A stretch of 49,590 nucleotides of DNA from an uncultured delta proteobacterium. Lineage in GTDB: Bacteria; Desulfobacterota; Desulfobacteria; Desulfobacterales; Desulfatirhabdiaceae. The notes under the pieces were generated by a model. That model had not been told where the DNA came from. It did no database searches and saw nothing but the letters and a program-made list of their open reading frames with translations. Made by a program: the position numbers and the translations under genes. Shown here one piece after another: positions 21,388-30,842 of the stretch. The number at the start of each line of letters is the position of its first letter. Within the stretch, counting starts at the first letter, position 1. The stretch covers positions 1 through 49,590 of the forward strand of contig CAWBKP010000001.1 of NCBI GenBank assembly GCA_963789395.1, in the 5' to 3' direction.

Positions 21388-21855
21388 ATGTATCAAACCA
21401 TACTGGTTCCCCTGGACGGATCTGCCAGGGCTGAACACATTCTTCCCCATGTTGAAGATCTGGCCATCCATTACAAGGCAAAAGTGATTTTACTTCAGGT
21501 AATGGAGCCGCTGCAAATCCTCAACCCGTCCATTATTCATGTCAGCAGCGCGCTGACAGACTCAGTCAAGGAAAGCCTGAAAGAATTCAATCACAGATAT
21601 GAGGAAATCAACACCTATCTATCCGGACGCCTGGGAGAATTCAGGGAAAAAAACATTGATACCCGGAAATTCATCGAACAGGGGCCTGTGGTGGAAACCA
21701 TCATTTCCGTTGCACAGCGGGAGAATGTCGAGCTGATCGCGATGGCCAGCCACGGCAGGAGCGGCATGTCACGGGTATTTTACGGCAGCGTGGTATCCGG
21801 CGTCCTGCAACAGATTGATCGTCCCATGCTGATTATCCGCTCCCGGAACATCTGA
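21388..21855 (+). CDS. Universal stress protein (copy 3)
   Basis: 155 aa, ILVPLDGS, MASHGRSGMSRVFYGSV. Confidence 0.93.
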   Translation: MYQTILVPLDGSARAEHILPHVEDLAIHYKAKVILLQVMEPLQILNPSIIHVSSALTDSVKESLKEFNHRYEEINTYLSGRLGEFREKNIDTRKFIEQGPVVETIISVAQRENVELIAMASHGRSGMSRVFYGSVVSGVLQQIDRPMLIIRSRNI

Positions 21856-21862
21856 TCTTTTT

Positions 21863-21953
21863 ATCGTGAAATCGGGAGGGCGTGAAATCGTAAAAAGGTC
21901 CCCGCTCCCGCTCTCCTCCACGCTCTCACGCCCTCACGCTCCGACTTCACGCC
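21863..21953. repeat. Degenerate 8-mer repeats in opposing orientation between convergent genes
   Basis: ATCGTGAA ATCGGGAG GGCGTGAA ATCGTAAA ... CCACGCTC TCACGCCC TCACGCTC. Confidence 0.55.
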
Positions 21954-22921
21954 AATGATATCAGAATGCCCAGTTCTTTTTCAACGGCTGCTTTCAGGAC
22001 TGCGGCGGCGGCGGCGGCATCCTGAACCGCTACGCCGACCGCTTTAAAAAAAGTGATTTCCCGGTCATTCTGGCGCGCGGGGAAAACACCGTTGACGATT
22101 TCTCCGATCTCGGCCGAAATAGTCGCACCGGCAATGATCAGGTCTCCGGCCTCCGCCATGCAGGCTTCACGGGAATCCACAACCACCCTGGCCCTGCGGA
22201 CCGTGGTCACATCGATTTCCTGCATCTGCGGCGTAAAGGACCCCACACCCGTGACATGGGTTCCCGGCTTCAGATCATTGCCGTTGAACACCGGGGTTAA
22301 AGACGTTGTTGCCGCAATCACGATGTCTGCCTGAGAGACCGCCTCGCGGGCGTTCGGACAGGAAGAACTTATGGCCGCAATCTCCGGGGGGGATGTCCAG
22401 GACGCCATTTCCGCAGCCAGCTTCTCTGCCTGATTCAAAGACGCATCCAGAATCCACACCTTGCGAATATCTCTCACAGCCATCACTGCCTGAATCTGGG
22501 ACTTTCCCTGCACGCCCGCCCCGAACAGTGCAACGGTTCCGGCGTCTTTTCTGGACAGAAGCTCCGCTGCAAGGCCTCCGGCAGCTCCGGTTCGAATGGC
22601 TGTCAGGCTGTTTCCTTCCATCAACGCCAGGGGCATCCCCGTCTGCGGATCCAACACCATAACCAGACCGGCCACTGTGGGCAGCCCCATCTTCGGATTG
22701 TCCCCATAAATGGAGACGATCTTTATTGCCAGCTCCCGGCTTTGCCGGAGATATGCGGGCATCGACAGTGTGACGCCTTTCTCCGTGGCAAGTCGTCCCC
22801 GAAGCGGGATTTCGGCCTGATGAGCCGAAAGCTGGCCGAATGCCTGCTTCATGGCCGCAATGGCCTTCGGCATGGGAAGAACTTCCCGAACATCGTCCGC
22901 GGTAAGAATTCGAATCTTCAT
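21947..22921 (-). CDS. Ornithine cyclodeaminase / mu-crystallin family protein
   Basis: [41 protein letters not shown]. Confidence 0.9.
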   Translation of the reverse strand: MKIRILTADDVREVLPMPKAIAAMKQAFGQLSAHQAEIPLRGRLATEKGVTLSMPAYLRQSRELAIKIVSIYGDNPKMGLPTVAGLVMVLDPQTGMPLALMEGNSLTAIRTGAAGGLAAELLSRKDAGTVALFGAGVQGKSQIQAVMAVRDIRKVWILDASLNQAEKLAAEMASWTSPPEIAAISSSCPNAREAVSQADIVIAATTSLTPVFNGNDLKPGTHVTGVGSFTPQMQEIDVTTVRRARVVVDSREACMAEAGDLIIAGATISAEIGEIVNGVFPARQNDREITFFKAVGVAVQDAAAAAAVLKAAVEKELGILISLA

Positions 22922-22923
22922 GA

Positions 22924-24327
22924 TTATCCTTCTGCAAGCGTTTGAAATGTGACAGGCTTTGCCGGAATCCGGGGCGTAAAATTTTCACGGGCCATTGGTT
23001 TTCCGGAAACCTGCACCATCAGGTCATGGGCAATCTGACCGCAGAACCGCCCCTGACAGTGGCCCATGCCGACACGGGTTCTGCGTTTCAAGTCATTGAT
23101 ATCGACTGCGCCGTTGGCAACGGCCGATCGGACATCGGCCATCGTGACCTCTTCACAGCGGCAGATCGGCGTATGGTCCGGAATCGCCGGAATCATTCCC
23201 GGACCCGGCAAAGACAGGGCATCCAGTGCCCTGCCGAACCGGTTCATCCGTTTCAACCGGCCTTCAAAGGGGCGGACCAGCGCATCGGCTTTTGTACGGC
23301 TCACGAATCCGACATGTGCACACGCAGCTATTCCCGAAACGCTTCCTTCTTCAATCGCCGCGGCATAACCCCGGATGGCCGATCCGTCGCCGGCAACAAA
23401 AACGCCGGGTACCGATGTCTCCTGATGGCTGCCGCACCACGTTCTCCAGTACTGTGCGCGAACATCATAATCGTGACGGCACCCGCACAGACGGGTCAGC
23501 TCCGTTGCGGGAATCAGTCCATACCCGACACCGATGGCATCGACTGAGATAACCCGCCGGAATTCGGGCCGCTGTCTTCCCGATGCATCCGCACGGGCGA
23601 TCAGCGCCTGCTCCAGTTGGTTATGGCCCGAAGCCTCCACAAGCGTGCATGAAGCATGGACGGGGATGCGCCGGCGCTGAAGGGTGGCAAGATAATTGAC
23701 AAGGGATAGGCTTTTGAAAATTCCGATGCCGGAAAGCAGATCTTTAACGTGAGGAACAATCCGGATAACGGACAGCGGAGAAATTAGCGCTACGTAGGCA
23801 CCTTTCTTTGCCAGGTGATGCGCCAGAGCAAGCTGCAGGGGGCCGGTTCCGGCAACCAGAAACCGCTTTCCCGGGAGAACGCCTTTTCGGACCAGGGCAT
23901 TTAAACCGCCGGCCGAATAGACGCCGGGCAGGGTCCATCCCGGAAACGGAATCATCCGCTCCAAGGCGCCGGTGGCAATCACCAGGGCACGTCCCCTGAC
24001 GCTGGATGGCAAAAGACCGCCAGATCCCGTAACCGGCTGAAGATACACTTCCTTGCGGTCATCAATGTGCCAGACCTGAGTTCCGGTATAAACCGTGATC
24101 CGGTCCGAAACCTGCTGAAACGCCTGAAACAGGCGGCGGCGAACCCTTGCTTCAATGGCTTCGGCACGGATGCCGGAAAGGCGGTCACCGGCATGGGACA
24201 AGACTTTTCCGCCAAGCTTGAGGGTTTCTTCGATCAGAACAACCGATGCGCCGTGGATCGCCGCAGCCGTCGCAGCGGCAATTCCCGCAGGACCGCCGCC
24301 GATGATCACCACGTCCGCCGGATTCAT
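22924..24327 (-). CDS. FAD/NAD(P)-binding oxidoreductase with C-terminal BFD-like [2Fe-2S] domain (HcnB/OoxA-like)
   Basis: IIGGGPAG, ATGALERMIPFPGWTLPGV, AGTGPL, VAGDG, ICRCEEVT, GMGHCQGRFC. Confidence 0.88.
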   Translation of the reverse strand: MNPADVVIIGGGPAGIAAATAAAIHGASVVLIEETLKLGGKVLSHAGDRLSGIRAEAIEARVRRRLFQAFQQVSDRITVYTGTQVWHIDDRKEVYLQPVTGSGGLLPSSVRGRALVIATGALERMIPFPGWTLPGVYSAGGLNALVRKGVLPGKRFLVAGTGPLQLALAHHLAKKGAYVALISPLSVIRIVPHVKDLLSGIGIFKSLSLVNYLATLQRRRIPVHASCTLVEASGHNQLEQALIARADASGRQRPEFRRVISVDAIGVGYGLIPATELTRLCGCRHDYDVRAQYWRTWCGSHQETSVPGVFVAGDGSAIRGYAAAIEEGSVSGIAACAHVGFVSRTKADALVRPFEGRLKRMNRFGRALDALSLPGPGMIPAIPDHTPICRCEEVTMADVRSAVANGAVDINDLKRRTRVGMGHCQGRFCGQIAHDLMVQVSGKPMARENFTPRIPAKPVTFQTLAEG

Positions 24328-24593
24328 AGGTCCATCTCGATGGCGCCATCATCCTGAACCACAATCCGGGATCCCGGTAAGGCCTGAGTCATGCAGGTGC
24401 GGACATTGGGAACGCCGTCAACAATCATCCGGCATTCGTAACAGACGCCCATACCGCAGAACACCCCTCTGGGCGACTGTGACCGGGTGTTCCGGCAGGT
24501 ACGAAGACCGTTCGCCAGCATGGCTTCCGCAATGGTCTGCCCCGGGGTTGCCGGGACCGGCCGGCCATTGACATAAATATCAAATTGTTTCAT
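24324..24593 (-). CDS. [2Fe-2S]-binding protein (HcnA-like)
   Basis: PRGVFCGMGVCYEC...VRTC. Confidence 0.88.
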   Translation of the reverse strand: MKQFDIYVNGRPVPATPGQTIAEAMLANGLRTCRNTRSQSPRGVFCGMGVCYECRMIVDGVPNVRTCMTQALPGSRIVVQDDGAIEMDL

Positions 24594-24751
24594 GAAAATG
24601 CTTACAGCAGCCCAATTGCATTCAATACCCGATCCGGCGCAGCATCTTCGGGCGGCATCATCGGCAGCCGCGGAAGCCGGGTCCTGCAGCCCTGCCGATT
24701 TTATTCATAGCCGCCTTTGCCATTTGAACCGGTTTTCCACCCACACGGATA

Positions 24752-26827
24752 TCACGCCTTTTTGACCGAGACGAAATGCTCCTGAAAGGCCAGTGCTCCC
24801 CCGGACGGGTCCCACTGCTCCAGTCCGCCGCCCATCAGGCAGATATCCGAGGCTCCCTTGCCGCAGGCCCTGGATTCGGCCGGAATGCTCCGGCCAAAGC
24901 CGTGCACCATGAATACGGCCTCAGGGTGCATGAAATGGCTGAGCTTTGCTGGCATCGTTGCGCTGTAGCCGCCAGAAGAGACCACAACCCTGTCTCCGTC
25001 TGAGATGCCGTTATCTCGGGCGGTTGATGCATGCATCCACAGCACGTTTTCCGGCATCTGGGAAAAGAGCCGGGGGTTGTTGATCGTCTGGCCTGCTGCG
25101 TGAATGGCGCACCCGCCGATGGCAAGGCGGTAGAGACCGGGCTTTGCGGGGGGGGAGGCATAGGGCTGCAAGGAGGCAATGCCGGCCTTCTCCCACTTGG
25201 AATTGATGATTTCAATCCTGCCGCTCTGTGTATCCAGCGTGCCGAGCTTTTCATAGAGGGGCTTTTGCGTCAGATCGACCCGGCCGGTTTCTGTAAAGTC
25301 TGCCATCGACACGCCGGTCTCCTGAAGCTGATACTGCCAGATGTCCTCAATGCTGTTAAAAGACAGTGCGGCAATGCTAAGGCGTTTGGAAAGCGCTGTA
25401 ATCATTCTCCAGTCAGAGCGGCTGTCCAGTCTGGGGTTCACGCAGCGGAACCGGGCCGAAAAGCTTGGCTTCAGGCCGTTTTGCTGAAACAGAATGCTCT
25501 CTTGTTCCAGGTACGCGGACAGCGGCAGCACGATATCCGCATGCCAGGCCGTCTGGGACCAGAACGGCGTTGCGCAGACCAGAAGATCGAGATTGTCCAG
25601 AATTTTTGTTAATGCCACAGGGTCCGCGTGCTCTGCCAGCGGATCATGGCCAAAGCACATATAGGCTTTGACAGGATACGGGCTCCGGGTCTTTACGGCC
25701 TGAAAGGCCTGATGCAGCAGCCCTTTTTCCGGGTCAAAGACAGGGTATCTTGTGCCCACGCCATCGGCGCGGACTCCGCCTGGCTCGGGCAGCAGATCCA
25801 CCAGTTTCTTCAGGCTGTTTCTGCCGGCACTCTCGGGTGTGGCGGCAAGGGCCAGCCCGCCTTTGGCGCCGATGGCCCCCAGCAGCGAATTGATGATAAA
25901 GGCCGTGCGGCTGACATAAAACGAATCCTTGTAGCGGGCCGTCATTCTGCCCGGATGCCAGATAACGGCAGGGGCGGCCTTGGCGATGTCCTGAACCAGA
26001 GAGACGATGGCATCAGCCGCAATGCCGGTCTCGGCCTGTGCCCACTGGGGCGTATAGGGGGCTACAAACGTGCGAAGGGCTTCGATATCGCTGATCCATT
26101 CACCGGCAAAGGCGGCGTTAAAGAGTTGCTGATTCAGCAAAACGTGGATCACGGCAAGATTTAACGCATAGTCCGTACCGGGGCGGATCAGCAAAAAGCG
26201 GTCTGCCTTGGCAGAGGAAATCGTTGCCCGGATGTCTATCACCGCAAGCTTGCACCCGGCCTCAAGGCCGCTCATCAGATCATTGACTTCTTTGACATCG
26301 ATGGATTCAAAAAGGTTGCGGGTCTGAAGAACGACATATTTTGCCTTTCTGTAGTCGAAAACCAGCGCATCCGCGCCGAATCCAAAAAGCGACTTGGCGG
26401 CATGATGCACGTTGATATCGCAGCTGGCACTTGCTGTATGGTAATTGGGAGTGCCCATGCCGCGCATAAAGGCTGCAAACAGATCTGAAAAACAGCCGCC
26501 GCCGTCAGAGCCCATCAGGCTTTCCTTGCCATACTGGGACTGAATTGCAGAGATCTTGCCGGCCACCCGATCCAGTGCCTCGTCCCAGGAGAGCCGAATC
26601 CAGCTGCCTTCTCCGCGCCCTGCCTTTCGCATCATCGGAAACTGCGGCCGCTGATCATCTTTTATCAGTTCCAGTCCGGCGGCTCCGCGTGCGCACAAAG
26701 CGCCATCGATACCGGGAGCATGGGGATTTCCCTGAATAAATCTGCATTCACCATTTTGAACATTCACCTGAACAGGGCAGTGCACGGAACACATACCGCA
26801 GATACTGAAGATGGTTTTCTCTGACAT
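24752..26827 (-). CDS. Molybdopterin (bis-MGD) oxidoreductase catalytic subunit, Psr/Phs (polysulfide/thiosulfate reductase)-like, no Tat signal; copy 1
   Basis: N-terminal CGMCSVHC...CARG [4Fe-4S] motif, IRPGTDYALNLA, ADIVLPLSAYLE, C-terminal HPEAVFMVHGFG. Confidence 0.9.
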   Translation of the reverse strand: MSEKTIFSICGMCSVHCPVQVNVQNGECRFIQGNPHAPGIDGALCARGAAGLELIKDDQRPQFPMMRKAGRGEGSWIRLSWDEALDRVAGKISAIQSQYGKESLMGSDGGGCFSDLFAAFMRGMGTPNYHTASASCDINVHHAAKSLFGFGADALVFDYRKAKYVVLQTRNLFESIDVKEVNDLMSGLEAGCKLAVIDIRATISSAKADRFLLIRPGTDYALNLAVIHVLLNQQLFNAAFAGEWISDIEALRTFVAPYTPQWAQAETGIAADAIVSLVQDIAKAAPAVIWHPGRMTARYKDSFYVSRTAFIINSLLGAIGAKGGLALAATPESAGRNSLKKLVDLLPEPGGVRADGVGTRYPVFDPEKGLLHQAFQAVKTRSPYPVKAYMCFGHDPLAEHADPVALTKILDNLDLLVCATPFWSQTAWHADIVLPLSAYLEQESILFQQNGLKPSFSARFRCVNPRLDSRSDWRMITALSKRLSIAALSFNSIEDIWQYQLQETGVSMADFTETGRVDLTQKPLYEKLGTLDTQSGRIEIINSKWEKAGIASLQPYASPPAKPGLYRLAIGGCAIHAAGQTINNPRLFSQMPENVLWMHASTARDNGISDGDRVVVSSGGYSATMPAKLSHFMHPEAVFMVHGFGRSIPAESRACGKGASDICLMGGGLEQWDPSGGALAFQEHFVSVKKA

Positions 26828-27137
26828 GGCAAAGTCCCTTTCGGTACGGACGCATTATCGGCTCATACAAGCCGGGTTGTTTGAAGATGGGCGACATTTT
26901 TTATCTTTGCACGCATACCAAAATCGCCGATGACTTTCAAGAACAATAAACCCGATGCGCTGAAACAATAAAATCGGGCTCCCGATTTTTGTCTGCTTTG
27001 CTTCGGACCCGGCCGGATTTGCCCTTCACCTAAAAAGAACCCTTGACACAACGCCGCTAGTTTTATAGGTATCAGCCGATATCATTTCAGACTGCAACCC
27101 CTCTGCAAAAAAAGATACCGATAAAACAGGACCCAAG

Positions 27138-27650
27138 ATGAACAACTGCCATATTCAATTTGACCCGAGACGATGCATTGCCTGCAAGGCATGTGAGGTG
27201 CACTGCCAGGTGGCCCACCAGACGGCTTCCGATGTCAAGATGGGATTATTGATCACCGCGGAGCCGGTTTGCGAGGAAGACACCATCCAGATTCTTTCGG
27301 CCTTCAGGGCCTGTTTTCATTGCGAAGAGCCCTGGTGCATGGCCGTCTGCCCGACCGATGCCATTAAAAAGCGAAAAGCGGATGGAATCGTTTTTGTGGA
27401 AGCAAAGCTTTGCGTCGGCTGCAAGGCCTGTATCGACGCCTGCCCCTGGCAGGTGCCGCAGTGGGATGAAGCAAGCGGAAAGGTGCTAAAATGCGATTAC
27501 TGCAGGGACCGGCTCGATGCGGATGAAAAGCCCGCCTGCGTTACGGCTTGTACGGCCCACGCGCTGAGCTTTAAACGCCCCAATACGGGAACGCGCAAAA
27601 CCCGCCAGGACTATGCCAAGTCCCTGCTGGAAAAAAAGCGCTGGCTATAA
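27138..27650 (+). CDS. 4x[4Fe-4S] electron-transfer subunit (PsrB/PhsB/DmsB-like); copy 1
   Basis: CIACKACEVHC, CFHCEEPWCMAVCP, CVGCKACIDACP, KCDYC...PACVTAC. Confidence 0.92.
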   Translation: MNNCHIQFDPRRCIACKACEVHCQVAHQTASDVKMGLLITAEPVCEEDTIQILSAFRACFHCEEPWCMAVCPTDAIKKRKADGIVFVEAKLCVGCKACIDACPWQVPQWDEASGKVLKCDYCRDRLDADEKPACVTACTAHALSFKRPNTGTRKTRQDYAKSLLEKKRWL

Positions 27651-27657
27651 AACGGCA

Positions 27658-27705
27658 CAGCGCTTTGGATGCGGCCGGGCCGCTTCCAACGCGCTGCTTC
27701 TTTTT
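27658..27705 (+). terminator. Intrinsic terminator between convergent genes
   Basis: CAGCGC-T-TTGGA-T-GCGGC-CGG-GCCGC-T-TCCAA-C-GCGCTG followed by CTTCTTTTT. Confidence 0.65.
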
Positions 27706-28764
27706 TCAGGAAATCTTGTAGGGTTTGGCATCCATCTCAAAGAGAATATCGGCATACCAGTCCTGCCGGGTCTTTAGCTGAATCAGCAGCTGATTCTTCT
27801 CGATGGCAAGACCCACATTGATCGCCAGGTATTCCTTCCATGTCAGATGGTCCTTGTCCGGCTCGAATTCAAAGTCATAATACCACCTGAGCGCACCGAC
27901 TATTTTTGAACCCACTGTCACGGGAAAGCCGATGATGGCCTTGATGTTCTCCTTTAGCGCCTCCTCGCGGTACTGAACCCGGGAATCGGTGGCGACCTTG
28001 GAGATGATAACCGGCTTTCCGGTGATCACCTCTCCGATGCTCTGCGCGGCATACAGTGTCCCTTTGGAAATGTAGCTCTCACTCAGCCCGAAAGAGGCCA
28101 CCCGCTCCAGCATCCCCTCGGACTGCTTGATCAAAAACAGCGAGCAGCCCCTGGAATTGCCGGATAAGGTTGCGGTCTTGACCAGGTTCATCATCGATTC
28201 GCTGACCTTGAACGCAGGCATCAAATGAATATTGGTGGTCGAGTTCTTGATGGAGTCAAAATAAAACGACTTTCTTAACGACAGCCCCACATGAAGCGCC
28301 AGCATCTTCAGATACTCCATCTCCTCCCAGGAAATTTCCCGGGTACTGTCAAAATACAGCCGGAGCGTGCCGACCAGAATGTTTCCAACGGCAACCGGAA
28401 TACCGACAATGCTTTTAATCCCCTCTTTTATCGCATCCTGCGGATACTGCAGATTCGGGTCCGTGGCAACATCGCGGATCACCACCACGTTGCCGTGGGT
28501 CGTCTCACCGATGCTTTTTTTCGGACTGACGTCTCCCTTTGTCTTATAGGCGTCGCTCAGACCATAAGCTTCGGAAACTCTCAATGTGTCATGCGTGCGG
28601 TCAAACAGCAGCAGCGAGGCGCCCTTTGCACCAAAAAGCTGTGATGAAACCCGGACAACCGCTTCCTTTGTCTCCTTCAAATCAAGCGATCTGTGAATCT
28701 CCGAAAGCCCCTGAATGAACTGATGGGAAAAATCCTGGAAGGCCATACTGATGTTCTCCTTCAT
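27706..28764 (-). CDS. Stand-alone tandem GAF-domain protein
   Basis: Internal duplication: AYGLSDAYKTKG...VIRDVATDPNLQY...EGIKSIVGIPV..G...VGTLRLY and SFGLSESYISKG...IISKVATDSRVQY...ENIKAIIGFPV..G...VGALRWY; no output domain. Confidence 0.82.
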   Translation of the reverse strand: MKENISMAFQDFSHQFIQGLSEIHRSLDLKETKEAVVRVSSQLFGAKGASLLLFDRTHDTLRVSEAYGLSDAYKTKGDVSPKKSIGETTHGNVVVIRDVATDPNLQYPQDAIKEGIKSIVGIPVAVGNILVGTLRLYFDSTREISWEEMEYLKMLALHVGLSLRKSFYFDSIKNSTTNIHLMPAFKVSESMMNLVKTATLSGNSRGCSLFLIKQSEGMLERVASFGLSESYISKGTLYAAQSIGEVITGKPVIISKVATDSRVQYREEALKENIKAIIGFPVTVGSKIVGALRWYYDFEFEPDKDHLTWKEYLAINVGLAIEKNQLLIQLKTRQDWYADILFEMDAKPYKIS

Positions 28765-29010
28765 CTATGAAAAATGGTTAAACTCATATCGGATGGCAAC
28801 CTGAACATATCAGCATCTTTGACTTTATGCGCTATCACAGTTCTAGTGACGAGTCAATAATCATCCTGGGAAACGGGATGTATTTTTCACGTTTTTGGCG
28901 TTACGCAGCAAGCTCATTTTACACTTTCAACGGGTGCGGAATGGGGCCAGCGTTTACCGAAACTGGCATTTGTTTTGACACCGCCATCATTTTAACTTAC
29001 ATATGAGGCC

Positions 29011-30409
29011 ATGAAGAAATCCAGACTCTTAATTGTTGACGATGAAGCAGACATGCTGCGGCTGCTGAGCCGGGCGGTTCGTGCGGACATCGACTGCGAG
29101 GTTGAAACCGCTTCGAATGCCGCGGCCGCCCTGGAGCTTTTTCGCCGGCGCAGTTTCGATCTGGCGCTGGTGGATATCCGGATGCCCGGCATGGACGGAC
29201 TCCAGCTGCTTGAGCAGCTGCGCCTTCTGGATCCGGGATTGACCATCATCATGATGACCGCCTACGGGGCCATCGAAGTTGCCGTGGAATCCATTAAAAA
29301 AGGGGCGTATGATTTTATTACCAAGCCTTTTGAACAGAACGATCTGTTGCGCCTGCTCCAGAAAGCCATGGAGCGCAGCTTTCTGCTTCGGGAAAATCAG
29401 CAGCTTCAGCAACGGATCCGGAAAGAGGAAACATTCCAGAATTTCGTTGGCGCAAGCCCGCCCATGCAAAAACTCTATGATACCATTCAGCTGGTCAGCA
29501 GAACCGATGTCACGGTTCTGATCACCGGAGAGTCCGGCACCGGCAAGAACCTTGCCGCCCGGGCCATTCACGCACTGAGTGCAAGGGCCTCCTTTCCCTA
29601 TGTTCATGTCAACTGTCCGACCGTTCCGGAAAACATTCTCGAAAGCGAGCTCTTTGGCTACAAAAAAGGCGCATTCACCCATGCCACCCAGGACAAAAAA
29701 GGCCTGTTTGAAGAAGCTGAAGGCGGCACCATCTGCCTGGATGAAATCGGTGATATCCCGCTTCCGGTTCAGACAAAGCTCCTTCAGGTTCTTGAAGACA
29801 AGCGCATCAAGCCCCTGGGGCAGACCAAAACCGTTCAAGTGAATGTCCGGCTGATTGCCTCCACCAATCAAAATCTCAAGGCCAGGCTTGCTGCCCGCGA
29901 ATTCCGGGAAGATCTCTATTACCGCCTGAATGTCGTCAACCTGCATATGCCACCGCTTCGTGAACGGACGGGAAGACATCCCCCTGCTGACCCGGCACTT
30001 TCTCAGCCGCTTTGCAACGGAGTTCAACAAACCCCTGAAAGAGGCTTCCCCCGATTTCATGCGCAGCCTGGTGGAACACCGGTGGGAGGGAAATGTCCGG
30101 GAACTGGCCAATTTGATTCAGCGCGCCGTGGTGTTGTCTTCGGGAGAAACGATTCAACTGGATGATGCCGGATGGCACGCTCCGGACCCGCCACCCTGTT
30201 TTCACGAAAACCAGTTGTTTTCCCTTCCCTATCACCAGGCCAAACATCGGGTTCTGGAGCAGTTTACCGTTGCCTATCTTCAGCATATTCTGGAGCAGAC
30301 AGAGGGGAACGTCACCCATGCCGCCCAGAAGTGCGGGCTCGAGCGCCAGTCTTTCCAGCAGATCATGAAAAAATACGGCGTCCGACCAAACACCCACAAA
30401 TCACCCTGA
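29011..30409 (+). CDS. sigma54-dependent response regulator (NtrC/AtoC family); one frameshift near 29968
   Basis: REC domain (VDDE, DIRMPGMDG, KPF), GESGTGK, ESELFG, GAFTHA, LDEIG, FREDLYYRL; continues REDIPLL...WEGNVREL and a Fis-type HTH in the next frame. Confidence 0.9.
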
Positions 30410-30426
30410 CACCTTTCTTTTCCGCC

Positions 30427-30455
30427 AGATAAATCTTGCACCGCAAGATTTATCT
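30427..30455. promoter_or_regulatory. Perfect 13-bp inverted repeat; candidate enhancer (UAS) or terminator
   Basis: AGATAAATCTTGC-ACC-GCAAGATTTATCT, about 265 bp upstream of a sigma54 promoter. Confidence 0.55.
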
Positions 30456-30718
30456 TTCACTCAAAATTGATTGCCAGGCAGACCTGCACATGGACAACGA
30501 CTGAAGGTCTATCAAACTGAATACAATGATATTTCAGGATATTAAGCAGAATAACAGCGTTTGTTGGGTTGACCGGACTGGCCGGAGAGGTTCGACACCC
30601 GAACGGCCAGTGGCTGGATGCCCGCCTTACAAGATGTTTTTTTCTACCCCCTTTTTCTTACAGCTAACAGACTGATTCATTTGCGATTATTTTTAATCAA
30701 GGTGTCAAATTCTCCAGA

Positions 30719-30734
30719 TGGCACACCGCTTGCT
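30719..30734 (+). promoter_or_regulatory. sigma54 (-24/-12) promoter for the REC-TauE-Mo enzyme operon
   Basis: TGGCACACCGCTTGCT, a near-consensus match. Confidence 0.85.
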
Positions 30735-30842
30735 TAGTATGACACGGCATCGGCATTAAATACCATCTGTTGAAGCGGGCGGGGATGGTCCCCGCCCCAA
30801 ACAGCCGATTGCCGGTTGCATCATGGGGAGATGCGCTGACAT

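Noticed and set aside
24594..24751. Possible remnant of a DadA/HcnC subunit or a small ORF in the gap
   Set aside because: Only a 16-codon ORF with no recognisable motif.
28964..28979. TGGCATTTGTTTTGAC as a sigma54 promoter for the regulator
   Set aside because: The -12 dinucleotide is GA rather than GC, and it overlaps a TTGACA; ambiguous.
29029..30111. 360-aa minus-strand ORF
   Set aside because: Antisense shadow of the sigma54 regulator.
30577..30611. Hairpin ACTGGCC...GTTCGACACCCGAAC-GGCCAGT containing GGTTCGA (tRNA T-loop-like)
   Set aside because: No cloverleaf, anticodon arm or CCA; not enough support for an RNA gene.
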